A DNA stretch of 64,000 nt from a virus (Duplodnaviria; Caudoviricetes): IMG/VR virus record IMGVR_UViG_3300033757_000347; one strand, given 5' to 3'. The notes under the pieces are model-generated. The model saw nothing but the letters and a program-made list of their open reading frames with translations, made no database searches and was not told the origin of the DNA. Below, piece by piece: positions 57,784-64,000 of the stretch (position 1 is its first letter; every line of letters starts with the position of its first letter). Both the position numbers and the translations under genes were made by a program.

Positions 57784-59200
57784 ATGAACAACAATGCAAA
57801 GTTGAAATCTCTGACCCACAAGCTGGTTGAGCTGAAAAACAGCACCGATCACATGAAGGGTTTTCTGTTCCGGGACAACGGCGGTGACTACTTCATCAAA
57901 CCGATCGAAGTGTACAAAGGAACCGCTAAGGAAGCCGGAAAATTCTACCTACGCGAGGAACACGTGGAGTTTACGAACTTCTGCGAGAGTCCCAAGCTCA
58001 TGAAAGTGAGCATGAAGTCGTGGCACTACCGACTCATGAAGTACGTTCTTCGCAGCAATGTGCCTACCCCGCAGACGATGCAGAACGGTTGCCCGTATTT
58101 CTGGCTGCTTGTCTTCTCCATCCTGGTGGTTCCGTTCCTCTTCATCCTGCGTGGTTTTGGAACGTTCCTTCTGGGCTTCCCGTACCTTTTCTGGAAAGTT
58201 CTCGAGATGTTCGCTAACATAACGCTGCGAATCATGCCGGAAGAAAAAGCATACGACATCGACTATTACGGCAATCACTGGAACGGAAATTACAACGTTC
58301 CTGTCCTGGCAAAAGCACACTTTAAGCACACGCAGAACCGATTTTTACCGACCTTCATCAAGATAAGGTACGGAATCGATGAAGCTAAGGATCCTGAAGC
58401 TTACGCTAAGAAAGTAGAAGAGCTAAAGCGTATCAAGGAAGAGTGGGAAGAAAAAAGAAGGATCGAAAGCGCTGAGAAATCAGAGCAGAAGCGAATCGAA
58501 CGCGAACGTCAGGATCGCTTGTACTGGGAACGTGAGAGCAAGCGCAGAGCTCGTCAGGAACGCAATCGTTTGTTCTGGAAACCGTTCAACGATACCATGA
58601 ACAAGATCGGCACTAGCATCTCGAGCGCTATGACCTTTTGACTACAAAAAGAGTCCAATCATCAAACGCACCAAGCAGTTCATTGACTTGCTGGTTTCCA
58701 TGATCGTCCTGGCTCTAACAGTCTTCCTGGTAATGGGAGTTACTTACGTCATCATTGCAGCAGCGGACGGCGTAGCATACCTCTTCACCAACTTTGGAAT
58801 GTACATCTTGGGAGCGGTTCTAGCGCTTGCAGCTCTAGCAATCTTAGTAGCTATCGGGTACGTTATTTTCAACTGGATCCAGCACGTCATTGGCAAGTAC
58901 CAGATGGGAAAGAAAGTTTGGTACGTTCAGGGCTTCCTGTACGTTATCGGTTACCCGGTTAAGTACCTCATCCTTGGAATATTCTACCTGCTGTACTACA
59001 TACTGTTCGTTCCGCTTAAGTTCATCTTCTACACGTTCCTCTGGAAAATTATCTTGGTCAACCTTGGGATATTCCTTTGGGGCCTGTGCAGAGCAATTGG
59101 CGGCATCTTCGTAGGTAGTCTCGGAATCTTCGGAGAGTACTTCGGAGCAAGCAAGAAGGACTACTGCCCAGGTATCGAATGGACAGATACTGAAGACTAG
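57784..59200 (+). CDS. membrane protein split by a 1-nt frameshift at about 58640
   Basis: CPYFW in part 1, CPGIEW at the end of part 2; removing one T joins the frames. Confidence 0.6.
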
Positions 59201-59283
59201 AAAAAAATAAAAGTGCCCGGTTTCAAAAATCGGGCACTTTTTGCGTGAAAAGGGTATATTAGCCGTAACAAACTTAAAACATT

Positions 59284-60000
59284 ATGTGGACAATAGCAAT
59301 TGCACTCTTTATCGGCCTTATCGTTGGAGGCTGCTTGTACGGAAAAAATTTCTGGGAAAAGCGAATCAACGTTCTTGGCATCTCAGCTGCACTCATGCTG
59401 GCGAGCTTATTAACTACTTCCTTTGTCTTCCGGCCTTCCTTGAAATTCACCGATAAGGTTATGGAGAGGAATTACGTAAAACCAATGTGGATAAGCGAGA
59501 AAGCCAAGGATTCAACTGGCTTCGTCATGGCTAAAGATTCTTCTTGGAGAATATCTGATCTCGAAGCTGAACAGTTAACAGCCAGAGGGATAATCACTGA
59601 CAGTGTCAAGACGGACACTGGCATCTTCATCAAAAAATCCTACAAGAAAGAAATTCTCATTCACTACATTCTCTTCTGGAACTCGGCTTACGACACCGCG
59701 ATCGGTTACGTTCAAGTGAAGGACAACAAGCTGGACGTGGACTATTGGACAGTTTCGTCAAACCTTAAGATCGTGCCCATTCCGGAAGGAGATACCGTTA
59801 GCAAGCCTCGGTTCGAGTCAATCGGCATAAAGTACGCTGACAATTTTAAGTGGGTGATAAGCGAATCCATTCCAGCTTGGGGAGACTACATGTGCCTCTA
59901 CCTTCCGCAAAAAGAATACGATGCTCTACCTGAAAACGTCAAAAGAACCTGCGCTTTCAAGGGAAGAGAAAGTTACCTTAAACAATTAGCAAGCAAGTAA
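59284..60000 (+). CDS. membrane-anchored hypothetical protein
   Basis: Two N-terminal TM segments. Confidence 0.7.
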   Translation: MWTIAIALFIGLIVGGCLYGKNFWEKRINVLGISAALMLASLLTTSFVFRPSLKFTDKVMERNYVKPMWISEKAKDSTGFVMAKDSSWRISDLEAEQLTARGIITDSVKTDTGIFIKKSYKKEILIHYILFWNSAYDTAIGYVQVKDNKLDVDYWTVSSNLKIVPIPEGDTVSKPRFESIGIKYADNFKWVISESIPAWGDYMCLYLPQKEYDALPENVKRTCAFKGRESYLKQLASK

Positions 60001-60012
60001 GGAGGGCCAATC

Positions 60013-60345
60013 ATGAAAACGACAGTCATCAAAATTTTTCTACTGGCGATCATAGCTGTTCTCGCTTCGTCCATCGTGTCTACCAGCTGCTGTAGCGCAC
60101 CTTCAAAAACTCCAGAATTTAAGTACACCATCGAAGTAAAGTACCTCGACAACACAGTTGAAACGCTAGAAGTAGTATCTGAATTCGAACCTAGGTTGAC
60201 TAGCGGAGATGACGGGTCAGCGCCTTACGTTTACGTATCAAATAGCACTCAACCGTACAGATACATCACCGTTGCTACTTACGTGAAAACGGTAAAAGTC
60301 CTTAAGAAAACGGAAATTTCACAAACTTCAGTAAACTATAACTAA
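60013..60345 (+). CDS. lipoprotein
   Basis: STSCC lipobox. Confidence 0.65.
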   Translation: MKTTVIKIFLLAIIAVLASSIVSTSCCSAPSKTPEFKYTIEVKYLDNTVETLEVVSEFEPRLTSGDDGSAPYVYVSNSTQPYRYITVATYVKTVKVLKKTEISQTSVNYN

Positions 60346-60346
60346 C

Positions 60347-60682
60347 ATGACTTACGTTGAAGTACTCTGGAAAAAGGAAGGCATCCACTGGAAACGGATG
60401 AAGACTATGATGACGAAGGAATTCAAAGGATCTACCAAGATCGCCGGTTTCTTCGTAGCTCTGATCCTCACGGTAGTTCACTACGCTTACGCTGGGATGC
60501 ACACGCTCTACGAAACAGCGTTATTCATCTTCAATCGGAAAGCCTTCAGAGCGAACCTCATGAAGCTTGAAATAAGCGTGACTCCTACTCGCGAGTTTAA
60601 AGTTGATGGAAAGAACGTTGACGAAGAAGTTCAAAAAGACCGCGAAAAATACCCAATTCTTAATCGAACTCTCGTTCAATAA
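60347..60682 (+). CDS. hypothetical membrane protein
   Basis: ORF track. Confidence 0.6.
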   Translation: MTYVEVLWKKEGIHWKRMKTMMTKEFKGSTKIAGFFVALILTVVHYAYAGMHTLYETALFIFNRKAFRANLMKLEISVTPTREFKVDGKNVDEEVQKDREKYPILNRTLVQ

Positions 60683-60753
60683 GAAATAAAATAGAAACGC
60701 GCTCGCCCGCGGGAGATGGACCGATAACCTCGGTCCATTTTTGTTTGCCCAGA

Positions 60754-60785
60754 TTTTTTCCTTTCGAGAAAAAGTTGTAATTTAG
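60754..60785 (+). promoter_or_regulatory. early promoter repeat, copy 18 (upstream of the tRNA operon)
   Basis: TTTTTTCCTTTC-N12-TAATTTAG. Confidence 0.7.
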
Positions 60786-60951
60786 CTTCATCAATTATTT
60801 CAATAGAAATCAATCACTTGGAAAAAAGTTTGCAAAAAAGTTCCAAAAAAGTTGGCCAAACGTTGAAAAAAGTTGTAGAATAGTTTCACATCGACGAAAA
60901 CTTTTAAGAAGGTCGTGATAAATAAAACCGAACACTAACACAAAACAACAA

Positions 60952-61080
60952 ATGAAAAACCTACAGTTACATAAGGCGTATCGCAGTTCCCAACCAATAT
61001 CCCTCGAAGGCTTTATTGGAACATGGAATCCATCATGCGATGACGTAAGAATGGGCTCGGGTTTGCATAGGTTGAAGTGA
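60952..61080 (+). CDS. putative leader peptide (42 aa)
   Basis: MKNLQLHKAYRSSQPIS...GSGLHRLK; its 3' end holds an anti-terminator strand. Confidence 0.55.
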   Translation: MKNLQLHKAYRSSQPISLEGFIGTWNPSCDDVRMGSGLHRLK

Positions 61081-61105
61081 AGGTAATTATCACAAAGAAA
61101 CTTGG

Positions 61106-61147
61106 AAAACCCGGGCCTTCAAAAAGAAAGTCCGGGTTTTTTGTTTT
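61106..61147 (+). terminator. attenuator terminator
   Basis: AAAACCCGGGC/GTCCGGGTTTT followed by TTGTTTT. Confidence 0.75.
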
Positions 61148-61151
61148 AACA

Positions 61152-61163
61152 GTTCTTTAACAT
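61152..61163 (+). promoter_or_regulatory. boxA-like antitermination site (second copy at 61292-61303)
   Basis: GTTCTTTAACAT and GTTCTTTGACAT versus rrn boxA GCTCTTTAACA. Confidence 0.65.
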
Positions 61164-61167
61164 AAAC

Positions 61168-61283
61168 GCGCTCGTGACTGAGCGGATAAGCACCAGCCGA
61201 AATTGGTACACTGAACGGGCTTACAACCTTAACGTTCAGAAATTAAGCTGGAATCTACGGAGGTTCGAATCCTTCCGAGCGCA
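61168..61283 (+). tRNA. tRNA-like RNA with a ~49-nt anticodon loop
   Basis: GCGCTCG/CGAGCGC acceptor, GGAGG-TTCGAAT-CCTTC T arm, CCAGC/GCTGG stem. Confidence 0.7.
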
Positions 61284-61385
61284 CAGTAAAGGTTCTTTGA
61301 CATCTTGGAAAATATTGGCACAAAGCTAGGCGGTCTACCGCCCGCCTAGCACAAGCACGGGGCCGTGACGGTGACCCGTGCAAAT

Positions 61386-61458
61386 GCGGAAGTAGCTCAA
61401 TTGGTAGAGCATTAGCCTTCCAAGCTAAGGGTTGCGGGTTCAAGCCCCGTTTTCCGCT
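61386..61458 (+). tRNA. tRNA-Gly(TCC)
   Basis: Full cloverleaf; TTAGC-CTTCCAA-GCTAA; U73. Confidence 0.92.
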
Positions 61459-61471
61459 CTCGAATTAAATT

Positions 61472-61555
61472 GTTCCAGTGGCCTGAGCGGCGAAAGGTCC
61501 GGGCTGTTAACCCGACGAGGCAACTCCACCGTAGGTTCGAGTCCTACCTGGAACG
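61472..61555 (+). tRNA. tRNA with a GTT (Asn) anticodon and a long variable arm
   Basis: GTTCCAG/CTGGAAC, CGGG-CTGTTAA-CCCG, GAG-GCAA-CTC. Confidence 0.85.
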
Positions 61556-61610
61556 CACAGCTTCTCGCTTTTTCATTTGAGCTAAGATAAATAAAGATAA
61601 AAAGCATAAA

Positions 61611-62246
61611 ATGTTAAAGTGTAAAGTATGCGGAAAAGAATTTCAAACCACCCAATCTCTCGGCGGCCACGTAAGTTCGCATTTTCGTACGAAGACAGAA
61701 AAAATAACGTCAATAAAACAATGTAAATATTGCAATGGAATATTTGAAAATGGTTGGAAACTTGGAGCGCATATCATTAATTGTAAAGCTAATCCAAACA
61801 TAAAGCAAATCATCAAAAAACGAAGTCTTACTATGAAGGGGATAAAACCTTCAATTGAGACCAAGATAAAAATTAGCAATTCTTTGAAGTTAGCACATAA
61901 AGAAAATAGAGCATGGAATATAGGAAAGAGCCGTTGGAATAATGATCCTAGTTATCCAGAAACATTTTTCATGAAAGTTATTAAAAATGAATTCTTAGAC
62001 AAATCGTATGTTAGAGAATACTCGATTGGAAAATACTCTATTGATTTCGCATGGCCTCATAAGAAAATAGCCATCGAAATAGACGGACAACAACATCAGC
62101 GATTCAAAGAATACGTAGAACGCGATGCTAAAAAAGATGAATACTTAAAAAATCATGGATGGTTAGTATTACGACTAAATTGGGTAGACGTTTACAATGA
62201 TCCAAAACGATACATAAATGAAGCTAACTCTTTTGTTGGCTCATAA
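61611..62246 (+). CDS. DUF559/Vsr-like homing endonuclease with C2H2 Zn fingers and NUMOD3
   Basis: CKVC..H...H, SYPE, IDFA, IEIDG.QH, RD..KD..L...GW. Confidence 0.85.
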   Translation: MLKCKVCGKEFQTTQSLGGHVSSHFRTKTEKITSIKQCKYCNGIFENGWKLGAHIINCKANPNIKQIIKKRSLTMKGIKPSIETKIKISNSLKLAHKENRAWNIGKSRWNNDPSYPETFFMKVIKNEFLDKSYVREYSIGKYSIDFAWPHKKIAIEIDGQQHQRFKEYVERDAKKDEYLKNHGWLVLRLNWVDVYNDPKRYINEANSFVGS

Positions 62247-62254
62247 AAAATAAC

Positions 62255-62378
62255 GGGGGAAAACAAACAGACTGCTCTGTCGATTTTCTTCAGAAATGAT
62301 AGCAATGATTAGAGTTGCATCGGTAAACTTCAAACTTGAAACTTTGAAATGTTGGTTCGAATCCAGCTTCCCCCACCA
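62255..62378 (+). tRNA. atypical tRNA (8-nt anticodon loop CTTGAAAC) with a ~50-nt insert between acceptor and D arms
   Basis: GGGGGAA/TTCCCCC-A-CCA; T arm GTTGG-TTCGAAT-CCAGC. Confidence 0.72.
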
Positions 62379-62412
62379 ATAACGTTCGTACCACGGTAAA
62401 AGGTACACACTC

Positions 62413-62532
62413 GGGGAAGAAATTCAAAACGCTCTGTCGAATTTCTTCTGAAAGGATAGCAAAGATTAGAGTTGCATCGGAAACAATCAAACTGTCAATT
62501 TGATCACGTGAGTTCGAATCTCACCTTCCCCG
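62413..62532 (+). tRNA. atypical tRNA-Asp(GTC) with the same insert
   Basis: GGGGAAG/CTTCCCC-G; TCAAA-CTGTCAA-TTTGA; T arm GTGAG/CTCAC. Confidence 0.75.
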
Positions 62533-62573
62533 CATCTTCCGCACCCTCCAGGAAATCAAAAATAGAGGGAAAT

Positions 62574-62655
62574 GGGATGTTATTCCGTAGATGGTAGCGG
62601 GGCAGACTGTAAATCTGTTGTGAAAGCTCGGGTGGTTCGACTCCATCACATCCCA
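62574..62655 (+). tRNA. tRNA-Tyr(GTA)
   Basis: GGGATGT/ACATCCC-A; GCAGA-CTGTAAA-TCTGT; long variable region. Confidence 0.88.
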
Positions 62656-62708
62656 CGTAGTTTACAGAGGTTTTGGTAAACAGACCGCATATAAATAAAA
62701 ATAAAGCA

Positions 62709-63176
62709 ATGCGGCTAAACCAAGAAATCGTAGACAAAATCAATGAAAATGCCAAGAACGTTAGCTCTGTTTTGGAACTTTCAGAAGTAACTGGAATCAG
62801 TAGAGTAACCCTAACCAAATATTGCAATTTGTTAGGAATACAAATTGAAGTCAAGTTACGAAAAATGAAAAGAACCGGAGGAGTAGCATTCAAATTGCTA
62901 GACATTCTCGAAGGAAAACATCCAGAATATCCGACATCGAAATTAAAAAGACGATTGATACTGGAAGGTTACAAAGAGGATCGATGCGAAGAATGTGGAA
63001 CTCCAGCAGAATGGAACGGTCGACCTTTATCATTACAAGTCGATCACATTGACGGAAATAACCGAAATCACAGACTTCAAAATCTGAGAATTTTGTGTCC
63101 AAACTGTCATTCACAAACGCATACGTTCGGAGCAAAAAACATTGTAAATAAGAAATCAAGCATAGTAAGGTCATAG
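62709..63176 (+). CDS. HNH homing endonuclease
   Basis: CEECG...LQVDHIDGN...NLRILCPNCHS. Confidence 0.9.
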   Translation: MRLNQEIVDKINENAKNVSSVLELSEVTGISRVTLTKYCNLLGIQIEVKLRKMKRTGGVAFKLLDILEGKHPEYPTSKLKRRLILEGYKEDRCEECGTPAEWNGRPLSLQVDHIDGNNRNHRLQNLRILCPNCHSQTHTFGAKNIVNKKSSIVRS

Positions 63177-63277
63177 AGTTACTTCGATCACGAGTTCGAA
63201 TCTCGTACTGCGAAAGCGGTTAGGCAAGCGGTTAAGCCGTCAATCTGTAAAATTGACAACAACAAATACCTCTATCC
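63169..63277 (+). ncRNA. circularly permuted tRNA-like / YrlA-like (Y) RNA
   Basis: Order: T arm, GAAA-capped acceptor, D arm, anticodon-like arm; closed by ATAGAG/CTCTAT. Confidence 0.72.
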
Positions 63278-63299
63278 AATGTTCTTGTTTGAAACTTAT

Positions 63300-63369
63300 G
63301 GGCCGAATGCGACGGTTGGTGCGCGCCCCGTCCCACTGGTTATTGAGGGTTCGAATCCCTCTCGGTCCT
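63300..63369 (+). tRNA. degenerate tRNA-like element (anticodon arm unpaired)
   Basis: GGGCCGA/TCGGTCC, T arm GAGGG-TTCGAAT-CCCTC, GCG/CGC D stem. Confidence 0.55.
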
Positions 63370-63624
63370 CGGATTTCCAGAAAAATACTCTTCGTATTCC
63401 CACATTTCGTAATCGCGACAAGACTTACAACGACGTAGTGGGAGATCGTTGAACACCAACGGTCTGGTATCTAATCTGACGAAATTGCCTTTCTCGTCAA
63501 TGATGCAGTCGCAGTGGTCGCAGTGGTACAAGTTCATAGCAGTATTTATCGAAAATACTTCACTTCAATTATTTAACATCACCACTTTAGAGTGCAATGC
63601 TCAGATAAATAAAAATAAAGTGAA

Positions 63625-64000
63625 ATGAGAATAGTTGAAGATTTTGTAAGAGAAACGCCAAGGGATATTCGTAAGCAAATGTTAAAGCTTGATGAACCTT
63701 GCCACGAAAGAGGATTAAAGTATTCGACTCAGTTAATCGCACTAGTTGCTTATCATTACGATACGACGATGCCAGTAAATGGAAACACTCTAGTCGTTTG
63801 CCACGGTTGTCATAATTCAAAGTGCAGTAATCCAAATCACATGTATTGGGGTACAAAAGCTGACAATCAACTCGATGAATACGAAAACGGAGCAATATCA
63901 ATTTACGAACGAATGCTTAATAAGTACGGCAAAGAAAAAACGTCAAGCATGATGAAAAAGAATTCATCTAAAGGCGGTAAATCGCCAAGAAAAAATAAAG
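63625..64000 (+). CDS. HNH (His-Cys-type) endonuclease, runs off the window end
   Basis: VCHGCHNSKCSNPNHMYWGTKADN; GATAAATA upstream. Confidence 0.8.
   Translation, partial: MRIVEDFVRETPRDIRKQMLKLDEPCHERGLKYSTQLIALVAYHYDTTMPVNGNTLVVCHGCHNSKCSNPNHMYWGTKADNQLDEYENGAISIYERMLNKYGKEKTSSMMKKNSSKGGKSPRKNK

Noticed and set aside
58630-58690. TGA readthrough or alternative genetic code
   Set aside because: The downstream part is in a different frame, and TAA, TAG and TGA all end clear genes elsewhere
557-63901. Most minus-strand and nested ORFs in the track (e.g. 2161-2664, 9163-9483, 12689-13177, 21256-21849, 18690-18914)
   Set aside because: Most are antisense or off-frame shadows of better-supported genes, and none has promoter or motif support

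Overview
This window looks like part of a large (jumbo or huge) T4-like dsDNA phage, probably infecting Bacteroidota. The evidence is Bacteroidota-type -7 promoter boxes, T4-like (G/T)ATAAATA late promoters, a gp39/gp52-type split topoisomerase II, and proteins with T4-like capsid-targeting N-termini. Nearly all genes are on the + strand. (1) 0-14.7 kb is an early region of small cassettes, each behind a conserved 32-bp promoter repeat (17 copies here, one more at 60.75 kb). It encodes an HDAC-family deacetylase, a sigma70 factor, a RadA-like ATPase and a DUF932-like protein. Three cassettes contain no ORF, only a conserved ~70-nt structured RNA candidate. (2) 14.7-23 kb holds late/virion-type genes, an IS607-type serine recombinase lacking its catalytic Ser, a repeat-rich non-coding region, and a co-oriented TACTCCCTAGTA motif. 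(3) 23-60 kb holds a TnpB element, Hsp20, glycosyl/methyl/acetyl/aminotransferases, topoisomerase II, Prs, an amidase endolysin and a GH16. It also has a class II ribonucleotide reductase broken into three genes by two split inteins, each with a free-standing endonuclease in the gap. (4) 60.7-64 kb is a tRNA operon behind a leader-peptide attenuator and boxA sites. It has three recognisable tRNAs and five atypical tRNA-like RNAs: two share a ~50-nt segment that includes an insertion, one has an anticodon-loop insertion, one is permuted/YrlA-like and one is degenerate. Homing endonuclease genes are interspersed. All calls come from manual motif reading; no database searches were run.
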